DNA of 63,356 nt from Candidatus Poribacteria bacterium (GCA_009843785.1 VYCT01000090.1:1-63356), one strand, 5' to 3'; positions 9,647 to 19,964 are shown, counted from the stretch's first letter. Notes: generated from the sequence alone by a model not told the origin. Numbers and translations are program-made.

Positions 9647-10263
9647 CAATACCTTCGCCAAAATTGATTGATTAAATAGGTTTTATATCGTAAAGTTATG
9701 GGTAAACAAAAACAAAACTAAAAAGGATGTTTACCCATGTCAGAGATTATATCATTATTTTCAGTTAGAAGGGCGACACAAACGCTTCCCCGACCCTTTG
9801 AAAGTCGTCTGTTTGCGAAAAACTCACGCAAAGACGCAAGAGACATCGCACGTCTTATTGTTTTCATCCGATCTGGAGTTGGACGCTGAAACACTTATTG
9901 ATTATTACGCACTCCGCTTTCAAATCGAGTTCAACTTCCGAGACGCAAAACAGTTTTGGGGGTTAGACGATTTTATGAATGTCAAGGAGATACCCGTCAA
10001 CAACGCCGCGAACCTGTCAATGTTTAGGGTCAATGTTTCTGCCAAACTCAGGGAGATGTTCGGTTCGGAATATAACGATTTTGGAGTTTTAGACCTAAAA
10101 GCACGCTATAGAGGATAGAAGTATTTACAAGAAACATTAAAAATGCTTCCGCAAAAACCTGAAACTATTGTTATTGAAAACCTCGCTGAACACCTTGGGT
10201 CTATTGGTGCTATTCACTACACTTCAAATCAAATCAGACCCGGATAATTTGGCGAAGGTATTG
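9647..10263 (+). mobile_element. Internally deleted IS4-superfamily element
   Basis: 16-bp IRs CAATACCTTCGCCAAA / TTTGGCGAAGGTATTG; 5' stub (ATG 9737) joined out of frame to a transposase C-terminus with YREK-type motif YALRFQIEFNFRDAK (9798..10118) and an in-frame stop. Confidence 0.85.
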
Positions 10264-10500
10264 ATCCAGAGTTTGTTTTTTTTTTCTTTCACATAGTGCC
10301 ACATCTCATCAAGTACAAGCACGACAGCATCGGTCTCCTCGGGGTGTGGTGGTTTGGCGTGTTCGCCTGCGAAGTTTCGTATCCAGTCAAGGATAGTGGA
10401 GGGGGAGGCTTGCAGCATTTTTGCGATGGCATTCATAGAAAGTCCGTGGCAATAGAGAAAGACTGCGAGTGCTTTCTCTGCGAGGGGTCTACCTGTGTAT
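10264..10500 (-). pseudogene. IS1-family transposase fragment truncated by the IS4-type element
   Basis: LAVFLYCHGLSMNAIAKML..SPSTILDWIR and LDEMWHYV.EKKNKLWI motifs; the frame is cut at the IR ending 10263. Confidence 0.8.
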
Positions 10501-10576
10501 ATGGTTTTTCAATCCTGAGTTCTATACTTGTTTACTCCAGAAAAACGCGCACCGCACAATAAAACGTCAAACCTCG

Positions 10577-10639
10577 CTTAAGCAATTTTTGCGTGTGCTT
10601 AAGCAATTTTTGCGTGTGCTTAAGCAATTTTTGCGTGTG
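10577..10639. repeat. Perfect tandem repeat, 3 x 21 bp (CTTAAGCAATTTTTGCGTGTG)
   Basis: Read directly; no spacers between units. Confidence 0.95.
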
Positions 10640-10812
10640 CCTTCATAGGCAAAAGAACCCAAACGGTTGCCATTTCCACAGCGAGTCGGTGGTTTTGAAA
10701 AAAATTAAGGAGGCTTATGACGCTCATAAACTCACGGGCTGCCTACTTTCGCACGCATAAAATATCTTAGAATTTCAGGAATTTTCAGACACATTCGCGT
10801 TTCTTAAGCATA

Positions 10813-11008
10813 CTGTAGTTTGGACAGTTTTAATCGTTTTCGTGTCGTGTTTTCAAAGGTATTCTATTTTTCTATCAGTTTCGCACATTCACAGAACCCA
10901 TAGAAAAACGGACACTTTCGGACGGATTGGGTAACCCAACCCCTACAACCCTGCGTCCCTCGTAGGGGGCGGGTTCCCTGCCCCGCTGGAAAATTGTCCA
11001 AACTATAG
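10813..11008. mobile_element. 196-bp MITE with 8-bp target-site duplication
   Basis: 18-bp IRs CTGTAGTTTGGACAGTTT / AAATTGTCCAAACTATAG (16/18); TAAGCATA duplicated at 10805..10812 and 11009..11016; internal GTAG-type hairpins. Confidence 0.85.
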
Positions 11009-11115
11009 TAAGCATATTGGCATGATACTTGCTACTAACTATAAACGTGAGGTCAACTTGTAGCACGTAGGGACATCAATAGTGCTACCAAAGATAAGTG
11101 AGCTAAAGCGAAAAG

Positions 11116-11919
11116 GTGAATAATATGTTACATGATTTACTTTCCAGTCGATTGATACAAGCCGGTCTCGTTTTCTTTATGCTGTGTGTCGGGGGCAGCC
11201 TACTGCATAGTTGGCACGTCCACCGCACCACTGATGCTGATTTGGCAAAGAGACCACAACCGGTGGTGTCGCCGCTGAAAAACAAGTCGTCAACAAGCAC
11301 CGCACCGGTTGATTTTCAAAACGAAGGCGTTACGAACACGCCCGATGAAAACACGGACGCATCGATGTTCGATGAAACCGAGGCGTTCCCGAATGAGACG
11401 GAGTTCGCAGACATCGCGAATGCGTTCCTACCAGACGATTTTGTTTCAGAGGAAGAAGCACCTGATGAAGATGTACCTGTCTCGCTCTATGGATTTGGAC
11501 CCTATCCAGAAATACCAGCGGATTATCCGGGCACCAAACCTGCATGGGAAATTGATCTTGATGCATTAGGTTACTCTGAATCACAAAAGAGAGATGCAGA
11601 ACTTTTAAGCCGTGTTCTTATCAAATTATGGACAGACAAAGGCATAGGCAGTCGCCTTGGTGGTTCGCTTGATGCTACAACCAAAATTGTTTATCCATAC
11701 TATGATAATACAATATACGTAAAAAGGGAAATTTTGAGAAATGAAGAAGGAAAGCCAACTGGTTTTTCTGCTCGCATACATGCTCCAGGCAATATGATTA
11801 TTACGGCGGAAGATTTAGAAATATTCCGTCTTACCGGTGAGACCCCGCCTGGAGTCAGGGTCTTACAATTCGATAAGGATGGAATTGATGCTTATCAATT
11901 TCCCAAGGTTCAACCATAA
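11116..11919 (+). CDS. Hypothetical membrane-anchored protein with acidic low-complexity linker
   Basis: N-terminal hydrophobic segment, D/E/T-rich linker, VSLYGFGPYPEIPADYP start of a globular domain. Confidence 0.8.
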   Translation: MNNMLHDLLSSRLIQAGLVFFMLCVGGSLLHSWHVHRTTDADLAKRPQPVVSPLKNKSSTSTAPVDFQNEGVTNTPDENTDASMFDETEAFPNETEFADIANAFLPDDFVSEEEAPDEDVPVSLYGFGPYPEIPADYPGTKPAWEIDLDALGYSESQKRDAELLSRVLIKLWTDKGIGSRLGGSLDATTKIVYPYYDNTIYVKREILRNEEGKPTGFSARIHAPGNMIITAEDLEIFRLTGETPPGVRVLQFDKDGIDAYQFPKVQP

Positions 11920-11930
11920 AGGAAAATCAA

Positions 11931-12356
11931 ATGAATATCAAAACCAATTCAAGAAATCTCTTTCTTATAGCGATTACGTTTGCTTTAACTCTTAATTTCA
12001 CCGTATCTGGCGAAACACAATCGCCCAGTGGTGATGTAGCAGCTTTTGCGAATGCTTGGTCTTTTGAAGTCAACCGAGACAAACAAGGCAGAAGACAATG
12101 GAACGTTTACGCTTCTGCATCATCTTATGCCGATTCCACAGAACACGGTGCTGGTAATAAAGGCAACCTATCTGTTTCCGCTTTTGCTTACATGGAAGGT
12201 GATGCAAATAGCTTTGAATTTGAAAACGGTGGTAGTGATTCTATGTCTTTCGGTGGTGATCACCTATTTCAAGCCAGTGCATCGGCTTCAGCTAATGTCA
12301 CTTCTGTTCTTGGTTCAGACTCCGCATCACAGCATGCACCTGATCCAAACAATTAA
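11931..12356 (+). CDS. Small secreted hypothetical protein, Ser/Ala/Gly-rich
   Basis: Signal peptide; AAGGA SD; 11 bp after the previous stop. Confidence 0.75.
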   Translation: MNIKTNSRNLFLIAITFALTLNFTVSGETQSPSGDVAAFANAWSFEVNRDKQGRRQWNVYASASSYADSTEHGAGNKGNLSVSAFAYMEGDANSFEFENGGSDSMSFGGDHLFQASASASANVTSVLGSDSASQHAPDPNN

Positions 12357-12377
12357 CATTGACATTGACACAAGTGA

Positions 12378-12421
12378 AAACAATGATAGCTTCTGCAACG
12401 GCGCAGAAGCTATCATTGTTT
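12378..12421. terminator. Perfect 19-bp stem hairpin, probable terminator
   Basis: AAACAATGATAGCTTCTGC-aacggc-GCAGAAGCTATCATTGTTT directly downstream of 11931..12356. Confidence 0.7.
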
Positions 12422-12586
12422 AAACCAAATTACTCTTGGGTTTCCAAAAGTTTGTTTAACTGGGATTTCTCAAAAGCCCTCAGAAACCACTATCTATAAG
12501 GGTTCTCTCAATGCGCGGTTCTGAAAATGCTAAAAAATGATCGTTGATAAACCCCGACTATGTGAAAAAAACACCTTATTTTCAAT

Positions 12587-12990
12587 CAATACCTTCGCCA
12601 ATTATCTGCATTTGAGTTGGATAGATGTGTCCTGAATACAACGCATTGCCCTGTGATGTTCGAGCATCTCCTAAATAAAAATACCTTCAGTGTTTTGCGG
12701 GAGTGTTTTTATAGTAAAACCTAAAAATAAAGAGACACTTTTCCCCGACCCGGTAGCCGAGGATTGTATCCTCGCCTCTTTTGAGTGTCTAATTAATTCT
12801 AAACTTCACTATAAATAGGACTCCCGGCGCGGTTTCGTAAAGGGTTTTTGATAGGGTGTTTCTTCTAGGGTTTCCCCGCCCGATGTTCCGGTATATGCAT
12901 CCTTGTAATGCTGGGGGTTCTGATGCGTCGGAAACCGTGTTCCCATCTGGACGAGGGGACCTCGCCCCTACGATTTTGGCGAAGGTATTG
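12587..12990. mobile_element. 404-bp non-coding MITE-like element with the same IRs as 9647..10263
   Basis: CAATACCTTCGCCAA ... TTTGGCGAAGGTATTG; contains REP-like hairpins; no TSD seen. Confidence 0.75.
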
Positions 12991-13101
12991 AAAAACCTGA
13001 AACCATTGTTATTGAAAACCTCGCTGAACACCTTGGGTCTATTGGTGCTATTCACTACACTTCAAATCAAATCAGACCCGGATAATTTGGCGAAGGTATT
13101 G
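12991..13101 (+). mobile_element. Right-end fragment of the IS4-type element
   Basis: Nearly identical to ~10153..10263 (AAAAACCTGAAAC...GGATAATTTGGCGAAGGTATTG). Confidence 0.85.
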
Positions 13102-13135
13102 TTATAATGGTTTAATCAGGGCATTCGGGGAACCG

Positions 13136-13211
13136 CGTAGGGGCGAGGTCCCCTCGTCCCGGATAAGAGCGTTGGTGTCGGGCAATCGGGCGGGGAAACC
13201 CCGCCCCTACG
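13136..13211. repeat. Inverted GTAG-type REP doublet (BIME/REPIN-like)
   Basis: CGTAGGGGCGAGGTCCCCTCGTCC ... GGGCGGGGAAACCCCGCCCCTACG; the first unit is the exact 24-bp reverse complement of 12949..12972. Confidence 0.8.
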
Positions 13212-13275
13212 GATCCTAATGAAACCGAAAAACATTTGACAATTAAATTGATATAATGTCTAATGTACTTCAGAA

Positions 13276-14712
13276 CTACCGCTCCCGCCCGGAAATGAGC
13301 AGGTCAAAGGAATTGCTCTGCCATCCGCCGTCCGTGACGATGTTGTCCTTCGTCTCACGTAAACGATTGACCATACGCGCCTTCATCCGACGAAGCACGT
13401 GTTTGTAACCGAGTTGATTTGCTACGTTATGGAGTTCGTGCGGGTCGCTTTTCATGTCGTAGAGTTCGTCTTCGCTGTATGGATTGTAGACGTACTTCCA
13501 CGAATCTGTCCGGACCATCCTGACAGAGGCAAGCGTCGGTTCATACCCGTGAAATTCGGCGAACACGTCATCGGGCCAATCCGCTACGGTTTCACCGCGT
13601 AAGAGCGGCACAATGGATCTACCGTCAAGGTTATCGGGCCTCGCTGCGTCGCCGAGTTCCAAGAGCGTAGGCATGAGATCGACAAGGTTCACAAATTCAT
13701 CGCACGTCGCGCCGGGTGAAGTTGCACCGGGCCAACGGATCACGAGCGGGATGTGGTGCGTCTCCTCGTACATGTGGAACCCTTTATTGAATAGCCGATG
13801 GCTGCCGAGCATATCGCCATGGTCAGTTGAAAAAATAATAATAGTATCTTCCGCCAGACCGTTCGCTTCAAGGCAGTCGAGAATTCGTCGTACCTGATCG
13901 TCAATGAAGGTGCAGAATCCCCAATAGGCGGCGATAACCTTTTGCCAATCGGGCCAGGTAAGATGGCTGGCATTCCACCGGAGCATCTCCTTCTGCTGGA
14001 TGAGGGGTTTGTTGATGAACTGTTCATCAAAGTTGCCCCACCGCTCAACGGTGCCCGGATCGTACATCGTATCATAAGGGGCTGGTACGGCGTACGGGAA
14101 ATGTGGCCCGAAGAAGTTCGCAGCAATCATAAACGGTTGCTCAGTATCCGAATAGCCGTTGATTAGTTCAATCGTTTTATCTGCTGTCCACGCCTCCATC
14201 GTCCGTTCAACAGGAAGCGGAAGCCTACCATAGAAAGGTGCTTCGCCGCCCCACTCAAAGGGTTGGACAGCATCCCTATCAATTCGGAAGTCGATTCCGT
14301 CGTCACGGAGCCACTGATGCCACTCATTATAAGGGTGCCATTTGTCATAACCCCAGAACTCCGTGTCGCCTTGCTTGGCGAGATGCCATTTACCGATGCA
14401 ACTTACGCGATAACCTGCCTCTGTTAGAAGTTTCGGATATGCGGGTTTGTCAAGGATCTGGTTTGCAAATACGCCGTTGAAATTCCCCATATTCGACAGC
14501 TGCCCGTGGTTATGCGGATAGAGTCCGGTGAGCAGTGAACCACGCGCCGGTGAACAGAGTGCTATAGGGGTATAAGCGTTCGTGAATCGCATACCGGTTG
14601 CAGCGATTTCGTCAACGGCAGGCGTTTTGCAGACGGGAGCACCGTTGCAACCGAGTGAATCGTAACGTTGCTGATCAGTAAGTAGAAAGAGAATATTGGG
14701 CTGTTGTGCCAT
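13276..14712 (-). CDS. Sulfatase (formylglycine-dependent)
   Basis: PNILFLLTDQQRYD, CSPARGSLLTG (CxPxR), GKWHL, FSTDHGDMLG. Confidence 0.95.
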   Translation of the reverse strand: MAQQPNILFLLTDQQRYDSLGCNGAPVCKTPAVDEIAATGMRFTNAYTPIALCSPARGSLLTGLYPHNHGQLSNMGNFNGVFANQILDKPAYPKLLTEAGYRVSCIGKWHLAKQGDTEFWGYDKWHPYNEWHQWLRDDGIDFRIDRDAVQPFEWGGEAPFYGRLPLPVERTMEAWTADKTIELINGYSDTEQPFMIAANFFGPHFPYAVPAPYDTMYDPGTVERWGNFDEQFINKPLIQQKEMLRWNASHLTWPDWQKVIAAYWGFCTFIDDQVRRILDCLEANGLAEDTIIIFSTDHGDMLGSHRLFNKGFHMYEETHHIPLVIRWPGATSPGATCDEFVNLVDLMPTLLELGDAARPDNLDGRSIVPLLRGETVADWPDDVFAEFHGYEPTLASVRMVRTDSWKYVYNPYSEDELYDMKSDPHELHNVANQLGYKHVLRRMKARMVNRLRETKDNIVTDGGWQSNSFDLLISGRER

Positions 14713-14911
14713 TTTTTAATTATTCCTTGCGGAGCAGTGAAGGGCATTCTGTCTATTGCGTGTATTTCTTAAATCCGCCTGCGCTGTTGTTGCAGGCTAC
14801 ACTTTCGTTTAATCTTTCCAAGATAAAGAAGCATCAAAATGCCCAAATATGATTGAGATTTAACCAGAAACCTGCTCGTAACTAAGTGGAGAGCAGTCCA
14901 GGTCCCCATAG

Positions 14912-15397
14912 TTAAAAAGGTTCGGATACGATAGCGATATTTTTCGGTCCTTTGAAGTCGAGTTCAATTCGTTCAAACCGGACTGAATGTCGTCTATAGA
15001 AGTCCTCAATTGCTGTCAATAACTCATACTGCCCACGACGCTGTTCATCCCAGAAGTTGCAACACGGAATTATCACAGCGGGCCGAATGAGGGCTGCCTC
15101 TCCCAATTGACGTAATGCGCCATCCGGATGAAGTCCAACCAACAGATCATAATAATCAGCCATATCGGGTTCAAATTGCTCAGGACGGTGATCAATCCCT
15201 TTGAGCACTGTGCGGCGCGGATCAATGAGTTCGCATGCAAAGTTTTTCTTTTTCGTGAGAAGACGCGTCAATATTCCCTTTCCACCAGCGACATCAGCGA
15301 CACTATAGATCGTATTGCCATAGTGCGCGGCAATGAAATCTGCGACAACTTCAAACCGTTGTGGATCTCCATGTACCCGATGTTGTGCTCTGCTCAT
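14912..15397 (-). CDS. Small methyltransferase-like hypothetical protein
   Basis: ATG 15397 overlaps the aminopeptidase TGA (ATGA coupling); [12 protein letters not shown]-binding-like motif; GLHPD...IPCC. Confidence 0.7.
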   Translation of the reverse strand: MSRAQHRVHGDPQRFEVVADFIAAHYGNTIYSVADVAGGKGILTRLLTKKKNFACELIDPRRTVLKGIDHRPEQFEPDMADYYDLLVGLHPDGALRQLGEAALIRPAVIIPCCNFWDEQRRGQYELLTAIEDFYRRHSVRFERIELDFKGPKNIAIVSEPF

Positions 15398-16506
15398 CTT
15401 AAATTCTCCGGGTTCAACCCTTTCAATGCTGGATGGACGAATTGTCCGTCTTTCCGAATCAGATTTCCGTCGAAGAACATCTCTCCACCTCCATGCTCCG
15501 GTGTCTGAATCATCACCATATCCCAATGGACAGCGGATCGATTCCCGTTGTCTGCTTCCTCATAAGCCTGACCGGGTGTAAAGTGGAAAGAACCAGCGAT
15601 CTTCTCATCGAACAGAATATCCAACATCGGATTTATGATATACGGGTTGAACGCAATAGCAAACTCGCCGATATAGCGTGCCCCTTCATCCGTATCAAGG
15701 ATGGCGTTGAGTCTTTCAGTGTTATTCGCCGATGCCTCGACGATCTTACCACCTTCAAAGCGGAGCCGGATGTCCGTAAAGGTTGTGCCTTGATAGATTG
15801 TCGGTGTATTGAAGTGGATCGTGCCATTGACTGAATCACGGACAGGCGAGGTAAAGCACTCGCCATCGGGGATGTTATATTCACCTGCGCAAGGGATCAC
15901 AGAAATATCCTTGATACTGAACCGTAAATCGGTATCCTCACCGACGATGTGGACTTCATCCGTTTCCTCCATCAGAGACTTGAGGGGTACCATCGCTTGT
16001 TCCATTCGACTGTAGTCGAGTGTGCAAACGTCGAAATAGTAATCCTCAAATGCTTCTGTGCTCATCTTCGCCTGCTGTGCCATTGCGGGGTGGGGCCATC
16101 GTAAGACAACCCATTTTGTCTGTGGCACGCGGATATCGTTAAGCGGTCGCGACCAATGCTTTTGATAACGCTGGAGTGCCTCCGATGGAACATCGGACAT
16201 CTCTGTAATGTTGTGGCTACCGCGTATCCCGATGTACGCCTGGACCTTTTTCATGCGATATATTTCGTATTCACCGATCAGTTTTATGCCAGCATCGTCT
16301 CCGCCGAGAATGATTTCACGCTGGATACGGTTCTGTTTCAATTCAACGAGCGGAATCCCGCCTGCACTCCGAACGGATCGAATGAGGGCAATGACCATCT
16401 CCTGTGGAATGTCAATGCCCTCTATGAGTACAAATTCGCCGGGTTGGACTTTGGTAGAATGGGTCGTGAGAACGTTTGCGAGTTCATCAAGTCGTGGATC
16501 GTGCAT
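15394..16506 (-). CDS. Aminopeptidase, M29 (AmpS/PepS/thermophilic metalloprotease) family
   Basis: Start moved to [10 protein letters not shown] (16506); [46 protein letters not shown]. Confidence 0.92.
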   Translation of the reverse strand: MHDPRLDELANVLTTHSTKVQPGEFVLIEGIDIPQEMVIALIRSVRSAGGIPLVELKQNRIQREIILGGDDAGIKLIGEYEIYRMKKVQAYIGIRGSHNITEMSDVPSEALQRYQKHWSRPLNDIRVPQTKWVVLRWPHPAMAQQAKMSTEAFEDYYFDVCTLDYSRMEQAMVPLKSLMEETDEVHIVGEDTDLRFSIKDISVIPCAGEYNIPDGECFTSPVRDSVNGTIHFNTPTIYQGTTFTDIRLRFEGGKIVEASANNTERLNAILDTDEGARYIGEFAIAFNPYIINPMLDILFDEKIAGSFHFTPGQAYEEADNGNRSAVHWDMVMIQTPEHGGGEMFFDGNLIRKDGQFVHPALKGLNPENLR

Positions 16507-16543
16507 ATTTACCTCAAAAGTTGTTATAGTTGGATATGAAAAT

Positions 16544-17467
16544 TCAGAAGCAGGTATTGCCAACCGTCTCAACGAAGGATGCCCACCACATATCATCTGC
16601 CCGGAAGCGTAACAGGTGTGTGGCACCCCGCGCATCATTCGCGCCTAAACCCGGTTCAATAATATCTGTCCGTGGATCGCGTTCAAGTTGCTTGGCGATC
16701 CTATTTTCCAAACGTTCGGGGGAACGGATAGCAAGGATACTTATAAGTTCTGCTGATTGCAAGTCTAAGAGAAAATCGACGTTCCAGTGCAAAGCTTTTT
16801 CGTGTCTCGGCAATAGATTGCCGCTGCCCAACCCGTATTCGGCGAATTGGCTCATCATCTTTTTTCGGATGGCATTCTGAAGTTCCGGCTCCAACGACAG
16901 TGCACGTGTGATTTGATGACATTCCTTAACCCATTCAACCGCTGATACCCCTGCCCGTGGCCGCATCAACGGCGCAAATGCCATCAAGGAAGTCTGACCC
17001 GTCTCAAAAATGGACTGACCCTCGAGTTCACTGAGGCGGATCACTTGATACTCTATCTCGATCTTGTGTCCCGGAAACTCTTGGCTATACCCGCCCGGGT
17101 CATTCTGGCCCGCATCCGGGCTCAAATAGATGATGTAAGATAAAATCGGCAAGCCGTATCTTTCAAAGCATCGTCCGAAATAGCCAACCTTGCGTTGGAG
17201 TATCTCTGCCCTCGTCTCTCTGCTAACTTGGAACTCAATATGCACTAAGACTTCTTGTTCTTCAACAAGTGTCTTCGCCAAAACGTCCATACGGCGTATC
17301 TCAACGGTGGGAAGTTCCGTCTCAAGTTGCTCAAGGAACTTCAGCCCTGGGATTTTGGTCAGGGCCCGCAATAAATCTTCGGTGAACGTTCCAAAGATAT
17401 GTTTGCTGACAATATCGTATCGGTTGTGCGGTAATTCTTCAAGGCGTTGGTTTAAGATATCTTCCAT
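16544..17467 (-). CDS. Rpn family recombination-promoting nuclease / PD-(D/E)xK putative transposase
   Basis: [41 protein letters not shown]; atypical C-terminal ~100 aa. Confidence 0.8.
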   Translation of the reverse strand: MEDILNQRLEELPHNRYDIVSKHIFGTFTEDLLRALTKIPGLKFLEQLETELPTVEIRRMDVLAKTLVEEQEVLVHIEFQVSRETRAEILQRKVGYFGRCFERYGLPILSYIIYLSPDAGQNDPGGYSQEFPGHKIEIEYQVIRLSELEGQSIFETGQTSLMAFAPLMRPRAGVSAVEWVKECHQITRALSLEPELQNAIRKKMMSQFAEYGLGSGNLLPRHEKALHWNVDFLLDLQSAELISILAIRSPERLENRIAKQLERDPRTDIIEPGLGANDARGATHLLRFRADDMWWASFVETVGNTCF

Positions 17468-17825
17468 ATTCAGATTATACCCCTATTTGTTGATGAATGT
17501 CAACTTTTTTAGGATTTTGGGTATTGAAACAAAAACGAATATTCGTGTAGAATTATAGTGACATCCAAAAAGAATAGAACACACCCCGAAAAAATCATCC
17601 AAATCCCGGATGAGCAAAGAAGGGGAGGCGTATCGCCTTTTTAGCCATACTGGAAAGACGTTGGGGCGGACGTGTCCAAGACATTAGCACCAACTTCGCA
17701 CGCGCACCGGCTGGGTCAAAGGAGAAGCATAACCCCACATGTCCAAACGGGCATGTGATAACAACTTTCTAATTGAGACTAATTTCGACGAATTTTGTAA
17801 AAAAGGAAATGAGGTCAAAAGGATA

Positions 17826-19934
17826 ATGAAAGAACGTCTATTACCTATTGGATATGTCACAGTCATTGTGATGTTGGTGCTACATCTTTTGCCAGTCTGG
17901 GGTTTCAAGTATTTTCCGACGCAGGACGGAGCGAGCCATATCTACAACGCTTATGTCGTAAAGGAATACCACAATCACGAAAACTACCGTTTACGCGAAG
18001 TCTACGACCTGAACGCGACTGTCTTTCCGAACTGGACATCCCACGCACTGCTACTATTATTGTTATATATCTTTCCGCCGCTCGTTTGTGAAAAGATCGT
18101 GCTTACGCTCTGCATCGGTCTTCTGCCACTCGCCTTGTTCTATTTCCTCAAGGGTGTCGAAAAGAAAAATATGGTCTTCGGACTACTTGGGTGTATGTAT
18201 GCCTATAATTACCTACTCCACATGGGGTTCTACAACTTTGTCCTCAGTATGTCTCTGTTTTTCTTTACGCTTGGCTACTGGTGGAGAGTCAAAGATAAAC
18301 TCGGATTGACAAACATTGTGGTCATATACATATTGTTGTTGGCGACCTATCTCACACACTATCACTCCTACGCGTTGCTTATCATGTCGCTGACGTTCTT
18401 CGCGCTTTTCTCATCAGGCTATGAGGCACTGCGTGGGATGTGGGGGTATAAGGAGACATCACAACCACTGACGCAGCGTTTCAAGGAGGGACTGACGAAA
18501 CTCAAACCTGCACTGACTTTCATAGGGAGCCTTATACCTGCTTACTTTATTTTGTTCTCCTACTACTTCTATCTTACCAACGCCCACGGTGGTGAAGGTA
18601 ACCATAAAGGCTTTGAATGGCTAAACGACTATTTCTTCGGTATGAAATCTCTGGTCTCTTTTCGAGATGACCATATACTTATCGGACGGGTGTTGTTAGT
18701 TTTTTTTACTGTCGCCTTTGTGCTTACGGTCATCAATAGAATCCAGCAGTGCTATCAATTCCGTGAATCAGAGGAATGGAAAGAGACTGGCGAACGGATC
18801 TGGACACGCGTTGTGACGCAAATGGACGGGTTTCTGATCATGGCAATCGCCATCACTGCGATGTATTTTATAGCACCATGGTCGGGCTACAGCGGCGGTT
18901 GGATAAACGATCGGTTCCATCTGTACATATTCCTCGTATTGCTCCCGTTTTTCGCTGTCAACGTGCATCGCTACGTAAACTATGGGGTAGCGGGAGTCAT
19001 CATCGTTCTATCCTTATGGCATCTCGGCTACAATGTCCACACGTATGCGCTACTGAATCGGGACATCACCAACGCGCTCTCACTCGAAGGTATGGATGAG
19101 AAGGATACAATCCTCACGAGCACACCAGGGGAATGGGGCGGTTTTTCAGATTCACTCGGTTTTACACCCAAGTATGTTGAACCGTTTGGGCACATCGAGT
19201 GTCTATTGGCAACACATAAGGGGATCGGTTACCTCAATAACTACGAGGCGAATACGGATCATTTTCCGCTGCAATACAAGCAAAAAGAGCTTCCTGCTGA
19301 CTATGCTATCATTTGGCGGACGGAGTATGGCGATGTTGCTGGTTTGGAGGAAGAATATGAACTCATCGATTCCAACGACTATAACCGCCTCTATCGCCGT
19401 AAGCGCGCAGCCCCAGATCCACAAATGTGGGGTGGTGGCACTACTGTCGCCTTTGACCTACAACCCGAAGAGGGACAGACGGCACTGGGACACATCGCTA
19501 TCCATGCGGACACAGTCTATACAGATGGGCAATACGGCTGGCTAACGGAATCAGAACGGGAAGGCTTTGAAAACGAGTCTGAAGTTTCACAGCCCTACGA
19601 GGATAGCATTTGGGGAACAGAAGATGGTGTCTTCCGAGTGGCACTCCCCAACGGAGCATACGAAGTGACCTGCTATTTCAGTGCGAACGACTCTGAACCC
19701 TTGGAGATAAACCTCATTGCGGGTGGTGAGAAACAGATCCAGCGACTGCAGATTCCTGTTGGAAATGAGACGATCGAGAGGCGTTACAACATCACGATTA
19801 CCGATGAACATCTGACACAGGTAATATATACCCGTGGAAAAGGTAAATACAAAAGGTGGGGGTGGAGCGGCTTTAGTATTCAATCAACCGGCGGCGGACC
19901 GAACTTCCATCCTTATACGGAAACGAAAGAATAA
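17826..19934 (+). CDS. Polytopic membrane protein (GT-C-like by inference) with C-terminal galactose-binding-like beta-sandwich
   Basis: Start moved to MKERLL (17826); YFPTQDGASHIYNA luminal motif; about 10 hydrophobic segments; AFDLQP...YGW...FRVALPNGAYEVT tail. Confidence 0.7.
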   Translation: MKERLLPIGYVTVIVMLVLHLLPVWGFKYFPTQDGASHIYNAYVVKEYHNHENYRLREVYDLNATVFPNWTSHALLLLLLYIFPPLVCEKIVLTLCIGLLPLALFYFLKGVEKKNMVFGLLGCMYAYNYLLHMGFYNFVLSMSLFFFTLGYWWRVKDKLGLTNIVVIYILLLATYLTHYHSYALLIMSLTFFALFSSGYEALRGMWGYKETSQPLTQRFKEGLTKLKPALTFIGSLIPAYFILFSYYFYLTNAHGGEGNHKGFEWLNDYFFGMKSLVSFRDDHILIGRVLLVFFTVAFVLTVINRIQQCYQFRESEEWKETGERIWTRVVTQMDGFLIMAIAITAMYFIAPWSGYSGGWINDRFHLYIFLVLLPFFAVNVHRYVNYGVAGVIIVLSLWHLGYNVHTYALLNRDITNALSLEGMDEKDTILTSTPGEWGGFSDSLGFTPKYVEPFGHIECLLATHKGIGYLNNYEANTDHFPLQYKQKELPADYAIIWRTEYGDVAGLEEEYELIDSNDYNRLYRRKRAAPDPQMWGGGTTVAFDLQPEEGQTALGHIAIHADTVYTDGQYGWLTESEREGFENESEVSQPYEDSIWGTEDGVFRVALPNGAYEVTCYFSANDSEPLEINLIAGGEKQIQRLQIPVGNETIERRYNITITDEHLTQVIYTRGKGKYKRWGWSGFSIQSTGGGPNFHPYTETKE

Positions 19935-19964
19935 TGATTCAATGGAATGTTTAGTCTTTATATT

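Noticed and set aside
10577-10639. CRISPR array
   Set aside because: The repeats are contiguous with no spacers and no cas genes are present
17552-17760. IS630-like end (TATAGTGACATCCAAAA) and possible small ORF or ncRNA upstream of the membrane protein
   Set aside because: No matching second end or recognisable product; only a weak relative at ~45500..45520
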